Below, piece by piece: positions 1-13,310 of a DNA stretch of 64,000 nucleotides. Origin of the DNA: Pomacea canaliculata (lineage: Eukaryota). Both the position numbers and the translations under genes were made by a program. Every line of letters starts with the position of its first letter. The first letter of the stretch is position 1. Location: contig NC_037594.1 of the NCBI RefSeq assembly GCF_003073045.1, positions 13,237,353 through 13,301,352 on the forward strand. Reading direction: 5' to 3'. The notes beneath the pieces are model-generated. The model worked only from the letters and a program-made list of their open reading frames with translations. It had not been told where the DNA came from and did not search any database.

Positions 1-587
1 ATATGCTTATAAAAATCTATAACATATTTTGTGTACTTTAAAATCTTTAATGTGTTGAGTGACTTGATATATCCTACCAAGTAGAAGTGTTTCTGAATGT
101 AATTGTTCAGAAAATGTTTTTATTATATGTGTTCCCATTGTGATGCGATCACACATAAGCAACTAGATCAGAAAGTTTTGGCATAGATCTCAGTTCTTGT
201 CATTTCAGAAGACAAGGTAGATAAACACACCTGTGGCTTAAATAAGAGAGCAAACACAAAATTATTTATAAAGTGCATCTCTTATGTGACAGGTAGTTCT
301 GCATGCTGTATACTGCACACACATTCACCTAAAACTCCCCAGATGATAGTTGGGAGCACAGCATCATTAGTGGTAGCTTTGATACCCTTTTTAGGAAAAA
401 TTGCATAGTGCATGATCAGCCATGTGTATCTTCATAGCTGCTGAATTCCTTCAAGTACATAGTTCACTATATAAAGTGTAAAAAGCATGATGATAGTAGA
501 TTAAACAGTAGATCTGGGACTGAGAATGACAAAAATGAAGAATCGAAGTTAAGCAAGTTAATCGTCTTGTCCAACAAAGTTATTTTT

Positions 588-752
588 GGTGGTCCAGTGG
601 CGCAACATTTAGTACCTATAACCCAGTACTGTAAAGGTTGGCAGTCCTGGTCTTCGTCAGGCTGTTCTTCCTCTGCATGTTGCATCTGTTTACAGGGCTG
701 GCTGTCTTGCCGTGATATAGTCTTAGTTGCTGGCTCGGTGTAAAACACCAAG
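588..752 (+). mobile_element. tRNA-derived SINE, copy A (about 165 bp)
   Basis: 5' head ggtggtccagtggcgcaac (A-box-like), internal ggttggcagtcctggtcttcgtcagg (B-box-like), tail ...ggctggctcggtgtaaaacacca. Homologous in reverse complement to copies at 20455-20620 and 36625-36790 (shared strings ccactggacc, gatatag.cttagtt, aaaacacc). Confidence 0.65.
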
Positions 753-758
753 TCGTTT

Positions 759-776
759 CCCCCCCCCCCCCCCCCC
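759..776 (+). repeat. Poly-C homopolymer (C18, then aCCCC), immediately 3' of SINE copy A
   Basis: Direct read: 18 consecutive C at 759-776. Confidence 0.95.
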
Positions 777-1325
777 ACCCCAACAGTCATTTATAATTAA
801 ACTCCACGCTGGTGAAAATACCTCAATGAGAAATAAAGGTAGTTTATGGAATGATGAAGCTCAAGCATAGCAGCTACTGGAAGGACATAATTAGTAATCC
901 CTAAACTCTAACATCTGCTAAAATATTTATGGGCCCTTGGTGTTTTACAAATTACTTTTTCATAAGATGCGACAGATTTTTTTGTGCATTAATGAAATAT
1001 GGAAATGTTCAAATGATTTATAGAAAGCTTAACCTTGTGAAAAGGTCAGTTCCTTATGTAACTATAATGTTCATATAATTGACAGAACAGATTTTTGATC
1101 CTGGAGCATAAGTTCAGTATCTATGATTAATCCTGGTGAAAAGAACTATGCAGAATTTGTATCATTCTGAAATAAGATGTGCATATAAAATCATGTAATG
1201 TATTATATGTTTACCATAGTATTTGAGGTTTTTTGTTGTTGTTGTTGAGGGGAGTAGGGTCATCACTTTGTTTCTAACCACATTTAAAAAAAAAGTTATG
1301 TTATTTCTCTATTGTGTATTTACAG

Positions 1326-1384
1326 CAAATGCAGAATTTCCAGAACACTGTTCAAAGACAACAAGCTTTAGCCCTTATGTGTCG
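1326..1384 (+). CDS. PUF60: PUF60 coding exon (first one visible in the window; earlier exons lie upstream of the window or were not detected)
   Basis: Acceptor tacag at 1321-1325; translation QMQNFQNTVQRQQALALMC(R) matches human PUF60 ...QRQRALAIMCR; GTAAGA donor at 1385. Confidence 0.8.
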
Positions 1385-2164
1385 GTAAGATGCCTTCGTA
1401 TTTTACTGTCTGTAAATGTGGATAACTTCCTGGCTGTTTCCTGCTTTGTTTGTCACTTTTGCCATTTCCTCATGGCTGGTAGACTTGCTGGCTGGATTTT
1501 TTTTAAAAGGTGTTTTAGGTAGCTATATGATTTTTTAAGCACCTGACAAAAATTCAATAACATTGTTTGATGTTTGTTTCAGAGGCTGGTTTGACTTTTA
1601 AAGGGGGAAAGGGTGGCATTGTTTAAAGTCCTTGACATTGTCAACAGGTCAAATGTTGCATTATGTACTGTAGAATGTGTTTGACCATGTTGAGTTTCAG
1701 GGAAAAAGTCAAGCTGGGCTGCCTCAGTTGCTTATCAAGATGATGTCCCTCATAACTCTGCTTTCTGTAGGAAAACAGTAGCAGTGTATTGTGTTCTGTT
1801 GGTTTGTTTTTTTCAAAGAAAAAAATCGTAGTTTTTGTGGCAAGGTTTCAAGCAGATTATTTAAATAGTATATGTCGGAATATACTTTAGTATAAAGACT
1901 GCTGTGTCACCAGAAGATTCTACAAAGTAAAACTTCTTTAAGGTGGTGGTTAGGTCCCCCATTTATGCCAAGAGTTGAGGCATAAAAATATAGTTTCACT
2001 GGGTGACAGTGATGAGATAAAATATCAGGAGTAAAATTTTAAAAATTAAAGTAGGATGGATAAATTAAAATTATTTTCTAAAAGTATCTGAATGTCAGTG
2101 ACATTACCACATTAGATTACTAATTATTGCTGTCTGTTTCTTTTTCTCTATTTTCTTACTTCAG

Positions 2165-2378
2165 GATCTATGTAGGCAGTATCAATTTTGAGATCAAAGA
2201 AGACACTATCAAGCAGGCCTTCCTTCCATTTGGCCCTATAAAAAGTGTCAATCTGTCTTGGGATCCGATCACAAACAAGCATAAGGGCTTCGCCTTCATC
2301 GAGTACGAGGTGCCTGAAGCCGCCCAGCTAGCCCTCGAACAGATGAATGGCGTTATGATTGGCGGCCGGAATATCAAG
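2165..2378 (+). CDS. PUF60: PUF60 exon encoding RRM1
   Basis: Acceptor ttcag at 2160-2164; translation [71 protein letters not shown] is near-identical to human PUF60 RRM1 (RNP1 KGFAFIEY); donor GTGGGA at 2379; phase is consistent with the flanking exons. Confidence 0.93.
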
Positions 2379-4125
2379 GTGGGAGCTATTTGTACATTTC
2401 GCTTTATTTTTCTCCTATGGCTCTTCACACCTGGCATGTATTAAGTGGAAGTAATAGAAAATAATAAGTGTAAGGAATTATTTTTTTAGGAAGATATTGG
2501 GAAGTAATAGTTTTTACACAAAGGATTGGGAAGAGAGGGTAAAAGACCAAATCACAGACATAATCTTTATCTGCATATAATATTGCTATTGAAACAGTTG
2601 ACAAATAGTATTTGAAGATAAATATTGGCTGCCCCTTAAAATTGGGTGGAGGGGAGGATTTCCATGTTCATGTGCCCTATGATATATTTTTACCTTGCTA
2701 TAACATATTTGTTGCATTTACCAGTGTTGTGGTCTTCCTGGTAGAGGGAAGACCCCTGTCTTATTTTCTATTTTAATATATCACACAGAGCATTGGCAAC
2801 TGGTCACTTGGACATCATCTGCAGGCATGACCTGGTTTTTGGCTGTTATGCTCAGTCAAAGAATTGTGTTATGCTGTCTCTTCTTGGTTCATTTCCCCTT
2901 TTTTTCTTTGTTTCATTTCAGCTTGGGCAGAAAAGATTGATTTCAAGGAGTTTGTAGCACTTTGTACTCTCCCACCTTCTTGAGAAGGTCATGCAAGTTG
3001 GGTTTGGGGAAGAAAATTTTAAGAACAGATGGGCTCATTGAGCCTAGTTTAACACAATAAGTTTACATGATTATCTGCTACTGTGGTGTTAGTGTAAACA
3101 ACACAGTTTATTGTTTTGAAAATAGCTGCAGTTGATTTAAGGGAAGACATTTCCGGATATTTGATTTCATTCAACGATTAAGGCATCTAACAACTTATTT
3201 TGCTCAGTTTAGCCTTCATATGTTTGCAGAAATGACACATTATTTCATCGTTACTTGTTAAGCAACTTGAGTTTGATGGTTTTATAAGATTGGAAAGCAA
3301 TATTTCTGTATTGTGTCGATAACTCTGGTTAAAAAGTGTTGCCAAATCATGAAGCATGCAGTCTTTATGATTTATACAGCCTTTAATGCAGAGTGTGTCG
3401 AAGCCAGTTTCTTTCAATAGTTTGAGTTTTGAATCCAATAAGCTTAGCATACACTTCTTAGGGCTTTGCCATTATTTTGTTTGTGGAAACCAAAGAGGAG
3501 ATCCTTTTAAACCAACCTTACCGAACATTTGTAAACAGACTAAGAAGAAGGGATTTTTTTTTCTCAGAATGAGCCCATCTTCCAGATTTGACTTTATCAC
3601 AAGATTATTAAATGACAACTGTCATACATGATGATGTCAATAAAGCATTCTGTGAACTTTCAGAATGAGCTAATAAAGACAGTACCTGCGGGTAGGAGTC
3701 AAATATCAGCTATTTATGAACTTTCATTTGGCATATTTTCAGCTATGTTAAAGTATCAGAACTTTTATTCACTACTGCTTACAGGTTGAGAAGGATTGTT
3801 TTGAAATATGGCTGCTGCTGCTAAATAAATAGTAACAACATTCTTGCAAATTAAGTTTAGTAGTGCATTGTATTGGAAGTAGCTTGTGTGTGCTCTGTAT
3901 GCATTCTCCGTCCAGATCTTTCAAAAGTTTTTTTTTTTTTTTTTTTTGCATTGTGTAAATCTAAGAATGCTAAAAGTGTACTGGAAAAGCTTGAAAACTT
4001 TAGTGAAGGTAAATGAGTAAAGTGGGTTTAGACAGGATCTCCTCATTGAGTTTGTGGTGATTACACTCACCACTTTATTTATAAGAGCGAACTGCTACAT
4101 GGGGGTAGGGTGTGTATGTCAACAG

Positions 4126-4253
4126 GTGGGACGGCCAAGCAATATGCCTCAGGCCCAACCCATTATTGAGCAGCTTGCTTTGGAGGCTACACATTTCAAC
4201 AGGATATATGTTGCTTCCATTCATTCTGACCTCTCAGAGAGTGATATTCAGAG
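4126..4253 (+). CDS. PUF60: PUF60 exon (RRM1 C-terminus and start of RRM2)
   Basis: Acceptor aacag at 4121-4125; translation [42 protein letters not shown](S) vs human [43 protein letters not shown]; GTAGGT donor at 4254. Confidence 0.92.
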
Positions 4254-4763
4254 GTAGGTCTTTGTAAGATTGAGAAATTTTATTATGTAGCATAAATTAT
4301 TATACTTGCTTCATTTTCTCTTGCATTAAATAACCATCGTTGCCATTCATATTGGATCCATGGTTTAATTGGTTTTGCAGCTGAATAATTTTGTTTAGCT
4401 TATTTAGAATTGCAAGAGTATTGTTATTTTAGGCGGTGTACAAAAATCTTGTCCTAAAAAGGCACCAGAAACTTATGTTAAGGGTTTGCTACTGTTGAAT
4501 TTGTAAAGAAGGCATATTTTTTAAGAAAGATGTTCCTGGCAAAGTTAAATGATGACATTGTTCATAAAACTCTCAAAAGTAGTTAGATACTGTGTGTCAG
4601 AAGATAAATGATTTGCCTACACAGTCAAAAAGCTTCCAAGAAGAATTACTGATCAAAAGACTGGGCTTGGTGACCTGTTACTTGGTTTTTGAAATTGAAC
4701 ATTCTTCACATTTGTAGTGTGACTTTGTTGCCTTTACTTATGACAGTATTTACCTTTTTGCAG

Positions 4764-4835
4764 TGTCTTTGAAGCATTTGGGAAAATCAAGTCTTGCAAA
4801 TTGGCTCCAGATCCTAGCAAACCTGGTAAACATAA
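4764..4835 (+). CDS. PUF60: PUF60 exon (RRM2)
   Basis: Acceptor tttttgcag at 4755-4763; translation (S)[23 protein letters not shown](K) vs human [30 protein letters not shown] donor at 4836. Confidence 0.9.
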
Positions 4836-6604
4836 GTAAGTTCAAATGGCATAAACCTATTGTGTAAAACATCTCATTACTCTTTGTGCAATTTCTAATT
4901 GGATTTTTCAGGGACCTTTTAGGAAACTTATTTCCATTTTATCATTTACACTCATTATAGAACAGTATGTGCAGATGGAGAGCAGAAGTGTTTTTGTTCT
5001 CGCTAATTAAAACCCACAGTTTAGCAGTAATTAGGCTTTTTTTTTTTAATAAGCATGCAAAAAGAAGGGTCAAACAGTTGCAAAAGAAGCAGCAAAAGGT
5101 AATTTTTAGGGTTCCCTGGTCAGTTTTGAGTTAACATCCAATTTTGGTATATGTAAGATTCATGTGTGTTTTTGGTTAAAAAGCGTTTATAGTAAATTTA
5201 TTTGTCTGAGCTATCCTCACCAACTTCTTTTTAAGTCTCGTGCATTTTAATATCATGCATTTTATAATATCGAATATTAATAATCATTATAATTTAATAA
5301 TCATTAAAAAAATAACAACGTTGTATACATGTTTATTTCAGTATACTGGTGCCGAGTGCATCAGGTGAAATTGTAGATGCATACTCTAATGTAGTAAAAC
5401 TGAAATCAGAAATGATTGTAAAACAACTTTTATGTATGCTTGAAATGCTATGTTAAATCACACGATAAAAAGTCTGAGAAAGAAATAGCACTTTAAGTTA
5501 CTGGGTGTTTTAAATTTAGTTATCTATTGCAAATTTAATTATTTAGAATTTTTTCAAAACAGTATTTTTTGGCTGTGGCATGTTCATTTCAGATGCTTAA
5601 TCTTGAGAATGGGGGATGCCATGTTCAGTTGGTTTTATGTCCTAGAGTTTAAGATATAACAGAGTACTTAAATTATTCTTTAGAACTTTGTTTCTAGTTA
5701 ACCAAAATCTCAAGTGTTTTGGTATATGGGGAGATATGGTACTTCCCCCATCCCCCAGAAAGTTTGTTTTTAAATAACAACGGTTTGGTAGAAACATTTT
5801 CATTTTTGGAGTCTCCTCCTAACCTTACACTAAACTTCAGAGTTTTGTTTTTCAGTACTTTACTGGTTTAAAAATTCCTGTAATTTTGTTATTTTTCTGT
5901 GTGGGTTTATAGTTCCCCAAGAATTGTAAAGTATGTGTCAGAAAAGGAAGTAAAATATTTTTTGGGGAAAGTTGGGGTTGGCTTTAAAGAAGCAATAGGA
6001 AGTTATCTTACTGTAAGAATATAAGGTTGGGATGGGTATTTTTATGCATTTTTCATTGATCTGTTTTGGAATTTATACCGTTTGCATTTATTAGGATAGT
6101 ACAAGTTTGAAAACCGGTGGGGTTTTTGTTTTTGTCTTTTGTGTTGTTTTTTTTTGTTTTTTGTTTTTGTCTTCTTGTATCTTTCATAGCAACAGAGGGT
6201 GACACACAGTGTATAGGTGATTAAAACAAATTGTGTTGTAGATGTCCACATCTCGTCAATACTAATGTAAGTAAATCAGTATTTCTCAAGACTGATCTGT
6301 TGCTAGATCAAGTGTTCATCTGATATCTGTCAGCAGTATTCCATGTCATGTTGACAGTCCCAGATGCATAGTTTTGTGTACCTCGTTATTGATATCCTGC
6401 ATTCATTTATGCATACATGCAGACTTGCATACAAGTTGTGTTTATTCAACTGCCGCCCTATATATATCTGCCGTGGTTGGGCACTTCAGTTGGGAACATG
6501 TGAGTACCTCAGTGGAGAGTAAGAAATTTTGTCCTTAAATTGTGCTGTGTTGTGATTGTCAACTGATTTTTTTTATATTATTTTTTATTTTGCCTTTGTT
6601 GCAG

Positions 6605-6707
6605 AGGATATGGTTTTATAGAATACGAGACGCCACAAGCTCAGGCAGATGCTGTAGCATCAATGAATCTGTTTGACCTTGGTGGCCAATATCTGAGAGT
6701 TGGAAAG
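6605..6707 (+). CDS. PUF60: PUF60 exon (RRM2 RNP1)
   Basis: Acceptor ttgcag at 6599-6604; translation [34 protein letters not shown] vs human [34 protein letters not shown]; GTGAGT donor at 6708. Confidence 0.93.
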
Positions 6708-6818
6708 GTGAGTATCATAAACTGTATCAGAGAAAATGAGGAAGAAGTGGTGTGTATGAGGGAGAATAAATATGGCATATGTTATTATACTGAGTATTGA
6801 GTCTAAATGGTCCTGTAG

Positions 6819-6950
6819 GCAATCACACCTCCAGATGCTCTTGCACCAAGTCATGGACCGACCAGTATGCCCACAGCTGCAGCTGTTGCTATTGCAGCCA
6901 CAACAGCAAAGATTCAAGCAATGGATGCTCAGCAGCAAGTTACAGGACTG
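6819..6950 (+). CDS. PUF60: PUF60 exon (inter-domain linker)
   Basis: Acceptor cctgtag at 6812-6818; translation AITPPDALAPSHGPTSMPTAAAVAIAATTAKIQAMDAQQQVTGL vs human [46 protein letters not shown] donor at 6951; 132 nt, phase 0/0. Confidence 0.88.
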
Positions 6951-8405
6951 GTGAGAGCAATCATTGGTTTTTCTTATAGGTGTTTTTCTTATAGTTTTTT
7001 TAGGGTGAATTTTTTTCCGTTTTTTTTTTTTTTTTTTATTTGGTTTTGATTAGACCTAAATATCCCATCAAAAATGTACAAGTATTTTTAAAACAGAGAT
7101 GCACTTTTCTTTCTAAAGTTAATTCATTTCCAAATAAAACTGCAAAGCACCAGTGGTCAAAAGCAGCAGTTGAAGAAATTTAAGATTCATATGCATATAA
7201 CTTGTGTTGGATCATTTAAGAAAATGTTGGTAATCTTTTTATGCTTAAGTGGGCAGCCTACCCTGTAATTATGACAAATCCAATATGACATGATAATAGG
7301 TTTCACTCAAAGATGTCTTGCTTTAAAATTGTTAGCATTTTTGTTGTCCCTTCTACTTTTTTCTGCATTTTAGATTAAGATTGCATTAGATTGTTATTCT
7401 GACAGCTTTCATTCTCACACAGGTGATTAAGCACTGTTTTAAATAGATTTCCATGCAGACTTGGTTGTTTATTTTAATTCTTTGTTGTTCATCATCACAA
7501 TATTAGTAAGAGGTTGACATTTTTATTTTACATCACTGCATAACCGAATTAACTGAAACATCCACTCAGTACCTGACATTGATGATACTTCCAGATCTGA
7601 ATTTTCATGTAATGAGGGGTAAATGGTTCTAGAAAGTTCTGCCGCAGGTTGGAATGAAATAAAGAGCTTTATTTTTTATATTTTATGGTTGTTTTTTTTT
7701 AAGTTTACCTGGTGTGATTTTTAAGAATAACAGGCTTTTGGTTTTTTCCCCCCCTCTACTAAAATCAAATAAAAAGATGGTAACTATGGAATGGGGACTG
7801 GAAAGTAGGTCATAAAGTAGAACTTTACACAACATAGACATAAAGAGACAAATATTAGCACTAGGCTTTGAAAGAACTCAGTAATGGTAGGTGAGAAAAG
7901 GGAATTTTGTTAACCTTATGTATTTTAGATATATATATCTCAAAGCTTCAGAATTAGGTGTTTCAATTGTCTCATCAAAAGAGTAGATTTTGGCTGTATA
8001 TAGCTTTCCTTCAATGAGCATTTCAAGTTTTTTGGCAATTTAGTTAATACATCAGATCATTTTTTTGAAAGTTTCAACAGAATGAGCTTTCTAAGGTTAT
8101 TAAAACTATCAGCATTACCCAGTTGGATTTCTAAAAGCAAGATGTTTATGATTCCTTGAAAATAACAGAAGGATCAGATATCAATAATAAGATATGTACT
8201 GTGATATTCTGTAAAAAAAAAAAATTCATAAGTATTAGCTACGTTCCTTAAATTAAAAAAATGAAGATTTCTAAATACATATCTAGAAATTTATAATCAC
8301 GAAAGATAAACGGGACATAGATGTTCATTTTAGTGGATCTGTGCAAAATGCATCGACTAAAATAGATTCAAAGCTTGCTTACAAGATGTTTTTGTGGATG
8401 GACAG

Positions 8406-8721
8406 GGTCCTCCTGGACTAGCCATGCCCACATTAGGTGGGCCTGCAGTGGTTGCACCAACATCACTATCAACACCACCACACCAACCTCTGCAGCCTCC
8501 ACAGCCTCTTCCTGCATCTGTGACTGCTGTGACAGCTCCCTTTGCTGCAGCTGCTGGAAACCCTCATATGCACCATCCCGGATTGATGCCAGCAACATTG
8601 ACTCCAGCTGGCATGCCACTGACTCCAAGTGCTGCTGCATCCCTCTTAACACCTCTTAGGCCAGGTACACCAGGCCTGGGGCTGCCAGTGATGCCTCCAC
8701 CCATTATGACTACAAGTGCAG
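8406..8721 (+). CDS. PUF60: PUF60 exon (Pro/Ala/Thr-rich linker)
   Basis: Acceptor ggacag at 8400-8405; 105-codon low-complexity frame GPPGLAMPTLGGPAVVAPTSLSTPPHQPLQPPQPLP...IMTTSAG; GTGAGT donor at 8722; end phase 1 is completed by the next exon. Confidence 0.8.
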
Positions 8722-11700
8722 GTGAGTTCTGGAAACATTCTTTGATTTATTGCAACACAGAGGGATGAAAGCAGTAGAGTGTATGTGACTTTAGAGCCTG
8801 TTGTGAGCTGATGGAAGTGTTTGTATGTATGCATGTGTGTGTGTGGGATTGTTTGGCTTTTGGGAGAGCATGTTAGGTTAAGTGTGAGAGCTGGAATGCT
8901 TGTGTGTTTTATATATTTTCAGTTGGCCTGAGATCCCAAGGGTTTGGCTGAGATTTGTCATATAAGTGCAAAACAAGAGGAAGTAAGAGTAAAGTGTAAA
9001 GGCTCTTGACAATTTTATGCATGAGATGCACTGTCCCTAATTGCTGTATTCCCAGAAACATCTTGAGGACATATCATTAGTGCAATATATATGAAATGGT
9101 CTTAAATTTGAAGTCTATTTTAGGACATGCACTGGTCAATCAAAACCTTGTTCATATAAATTTTTGGCATTTTGGGGTTATTTGACCAAAACTGATGTTT
9201 TGGAAGCAGCAGCATTCTAAGGAATGCAATAGAGGAAAATTGTTTTGATATGGGAAACTCCTTTTTTTGGTTGTGATGATGCATAGTTGTTACTATTTCC
9301 TGTTGCTGTTGCACAACTTCAGGGTATGTTGTAGAAATAGGAAGCTTTATTGTCTTGTTGACTTTTCTAACGCTACAAGTTAATAGAACAGCTACAGTTT
9401 TGGCTTCTTACATGATTGACGGCTTGAAGAAAATGTTAAGTACACGTGCAAGTTAACTGTATAAAAAATTGTTTTGTGGGCCAGTCCAGTGGGACTGCTT
9501 GTTAGCAGGAAATAGTGAGCTGTGTCTTAGAATTGCATATCTTGCACACAGTTACTTTAAGATTTGGTACCTGTTAATGGCAGGACTGGTGTGCCATGGT
9601 GTAGCCTGTAAATGTTTTTTTTTTTCTGTCATATGGTGGGGGTCATTTTTTTTTTAAAGAGAAATAGAGGTACAAGACATGACTGGCTTAAAGGATTGTG
9701 GTATTTGAGCTTAATATCGGAACAGTGTGTATAAACATGCCATGAATATTGTGCATCATTGATGTGAACAGTTTTTGGCACTAATGGCTTGTATTTTTTT
9801 TTTTTGTGCTCCTGAAAAGTTTTAGTGATGGTGCTTATAAAACAGGCTTGAGTGAAATTGGCACCTATGGCTGTTTAGCTGTGGATGGGGAACAAGTTTT
9901 CAGAACTCATTTGGCTACTTTTTTTTTTTGGAAGTGTCAGTATTTACATTTTATATTGCATGCATGTGGCATACAGTGTTCTCTTTGTTTCTGGGAATAC
10001 GTCAATAAACGTTTCACTACCAATGGCCATTCACACCTGAGCATTTGCTTCCATTTCCCTGAACAGTTCAAACCAAATTGGCCCTGGTAGATTTTTGAAG
10101 ACAGCTGTTACCCCTATGTTAGATGTTCAATAAAAATCTGCATCGAGTTTTGCACTGCCTGTGGCAGTCTACTTCTCCTGAGATTGAATGATGGCTGGTT
10201 TCCCACTCCCCTTCCCCCTCACAAAAAAAGCAGTGTACAGTCCGGCAGACCTCCACAGTTACTGCTTTTTTGCAGTAAGCACCGTGACTGGCAAAATGTT
10301 TTGATGTGCTCAGGGAACATGGGAAGAGGTATTGGGCCAATGGGTGTTGGCAGTGAAAGGTTAAGATTCCCGGCTCAAAATGCAAGTGGCTGTCTTCCGC
10401 ATCCTTTGAACCAAGCATTAATGAACCTCAACCTTCCTGAAGTATTCATGTCTGGTAGGTCGATGCTAAAGCTGATTTTGTCTTATCATATTGCCATCGT
10501 CAACAATTTAATATGAGATGGTAAGCTTCTGGCAATGCGCATTGAAATAAAACAGATGGGTGGCTTAATTGATGAGAAATAAATATGTATTCTTATTAAA
10601 ATGCAAATGTTTTAAGTTAACACTAGTTTTAAAGTTCAAATCTGTTATGATAAGTTTGATGTAACTTGAGGGAATTGTATTATAAAGGTTAATTGTTTTT
10701 CAAAAGTTGTCATAATGATCCTTAGTTTGTATGTGGAATACAACAATTTTTACAACAATTCTTTCAGACATAAACACTGCTTTCATTTAGTAGCCTTACT
10801 ACCAACCCCATCCCATATAGGTCTTCCAAGTGCTATTTTGGTTGGTGATGGATGTTATAATTGTTCATTTCTAAAAAGCTGTGACAGTCTTTAGCTCAGT
10901 GTATCACTGTATGTCTTGTGAAATTTTAAGGGCAAGTGTGCATGTGAATTGTTTGTCTTCTCATTTCATTTAGAATGTCAGATTAAATCAGTTACTCGTT
11001 ACACAATTACAAAAGGCTTAGTCATCACCACAGAAATGTTTACAGATTGTGTATCTAATACTTTTTTAAAATCTTAACATTCCTTCTTCCCAATACCCAG
11101 GTAGTACATAAAGTTTCCACTAGAGACCTCCAATTTTGCCTGTCAGCAGCATATTTAGATTTGTGTCCATTTGCAAGAATGTTCTGTAATTCGAGGTTAT
11201 ATTTAAAATGTCCTTTTAGCTTTGGTCACCAGACACCATAACTCCAGTCACCCGGTCTGCCTTTCCACTGGCACTGTTTGTCTCTGGTTTCCATAACAGT
11301 TTCTTTTTACATGAGTAAATTATTAGTCTTGTGCCAAATTCCCTGTGGCCTGGAGCACTAGTTAATCATCACTTTTCGGTCTCTACCCCTTATTCCAGTG
11401 GTTCTCAAACTTGTGGGCCACACCCATAAGTCAGATGGGCAGCGGCTGACTCACATGTCTGCTAAGCTATATTTAAATCGCCAGACACACTAATTAATCC
11501 AGGATTGATTTCACACAAGTTTTAATTTTTTCTATCCCTAACTGCTTGTTTGCATTAAATGCTCGCTTACCAACTAAGTCTTTTTGGCACAATGTGAGCA
11601 TTACATCATTTAACCACATCATCCGTTACCCCTTATTAACGCAGTGAAATTCCTTATCTAAATTTTTTTGTGTACTTTACTGATTATGTAAACTTGTATA

Positions 11701-12140
11701 CTACTATCACAAAAATACATTTAGTTTTAAATTGTAATGAAATGAATGTAGAAATTCACGATACAGAGTGATTTTTGGCCTTGCATGGTGGCCACCTTAT
11801 TTTTTACTTTAGTAAAGTGGTCTGTGGTCTGAAATACTTTAAGAACCACTGCCTTTGCCAGTCTGACAATGAGATAGGTAGGAGCTAACACTCCAATGAG
11901 CATTGGGTCAAAGGTCGTTGACTATGGCATGATGGTGATACCTCAGGGTTTCAGTTATTTAAAATGTTACCAATGTTTTAAATGTTGCCCCCCGCCCACC
12001 CAGAAAAAAAAAATCTCGGAGGTTTTGGTTTGTATAGTTCTAAAGAATGTATTAGTTTGTGTCAAGGTTCTTGCAACCTTTACTATATTTAGACTGCATT
12101 GACAGAAGCACACAGTATATATTTTGTTCTGTTTTTCTAG

Positions 12141-12379
12141 CCACAGCAGCAGTATTAGCTACAGGGCTGCGGCATATGTTGGAGCAAAAGGCAGCTGCTG
12201 CAGCAGCTGCTGCTGCTCCTCCACAGCCCCCAATGACAATTCTTCCCCCAAAAAATGAGGAAGAAGAAAAAAAACAGGAAGAAGAAGCACCATTAACACT
12301 GGACCAACAGGAGAACTTGAAGATCAGTGGGAGCAATGCACGGCATATGGTCATGCAGAAGCTTATGAGGCAGGCTGAG
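12141..12379 (+). CDS. PUF60: PUF60 exon (poly-Ala and Glu-rich segment before the UHM)
   Basis: Acceptor tttttctag at 12132-12140; translation (A)[79 protein letters not shown] vs human ...[53 protein letters not shown] donor at 12380. Confidence 0.9.
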
Positions 12380-12635
12380 GTAAGAAAAAGTGGAATGCCA
12401 TGAATTGATGTGTCTTTAAGGTATTTTTATGAAAAAACCAGTTCTTGCTGCCAGATCTAAATATTTTCATATGAATAAAATCTTTAGTGTTAAACATTTT
12501 TACTTTATTTTTCATAGAGATGTTATTGTAGCCTGGTTTGCTTTTAAATTACATTATGGTAATACATAGCTCTTAGCATGTGTGCTGTATCGAAAAGAGT
12601 CTAATTAGAATTTTACCCAGGAACTGCAATTTCAG

Positions 12636-12825
12636 CACACAGTCATGGTGCTAAGGAACATGGTGGGAGTGGAGGACCTAGATGATGATCTCAAGGATGA
12701 GGTCACAGATGAATGTGAAAAGTTTGGCAAAGTGAAACGGGTTATCATCTATCAAGAAAAACAGAGCGAAGAAGAAGATGCAGAAGTTATTGTGAAGATC
12801 TTTGTGGAATTCACATCACATGATG
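12636..12825 (+). CDS. PUF60: PUF60 exon (UHM / RRM3, N-terminal part)
   Basis: Acceptor aatttcag at 12628-12635; translation [63 protein letters not shown] vs human [60 protein letters not shown]; GTAACA donor at 12826. Confidence 0.92.
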
Positions 12826-13310
12826 GTAACAGTCATTTGTAACTATTAGTTGGCTTGGAGCAGGGTAAATAATTCTGTAGTTTATAATTTCAATATTTCA
12901 TCTTGAACAAGGATTGAGAATTTTGTCTCCTTAATTTTTAAAGTTCTTTGGCTAGCTTATTACAATATACTTTTAGGTATGGGTGGGACTTTGAAGAGTG
13001 TTTTGTGTGGCCTGTGGAACTCATGAAATGAAATGATTGTGCGTCCTTTGGTTTGTTGGTGATGGTGGAGAAAAGGTGGAATAATTATTATAGAATCTTT
13101 TAAAGTTTGCATTTTATAATTACTGCTTACCAGTTTCAGATTGTATTCATCTCTGTATTGCCGTAGATCTTTTTTGAGAGGTTGCAGTTGCTTTTCACAT
13201 TATTATCATGGCTGTCCTTTTTTTTTTATAAATTTTATATCATATGACCATGCTGTGCTTACATTTTTGTGAACTGTACTGTGATAATTTTATTCAATTT
13301 CTGTTTTCAG

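Noticed and set aside
467-790. 107-aa minus-strand ORF (MTVGVGGGGGGND...)
   Set aside because: It is the translation of the poly-C tract (read as poly-G on the minus strand, hence the Gly run) plus SINE copy A. The same peptide pattern recurs at the other SINE copies, so it is a repeat artefact and not a gene.
8368-8659. ORFs 8375-8659(+) and 8368-8652(-), overlapping the PUF60 linker exon
   Set aside because: They are an alternative frame and the antisense of a confirmed PUF60 exon; low-complexity coding sequence often stays open in other frames.
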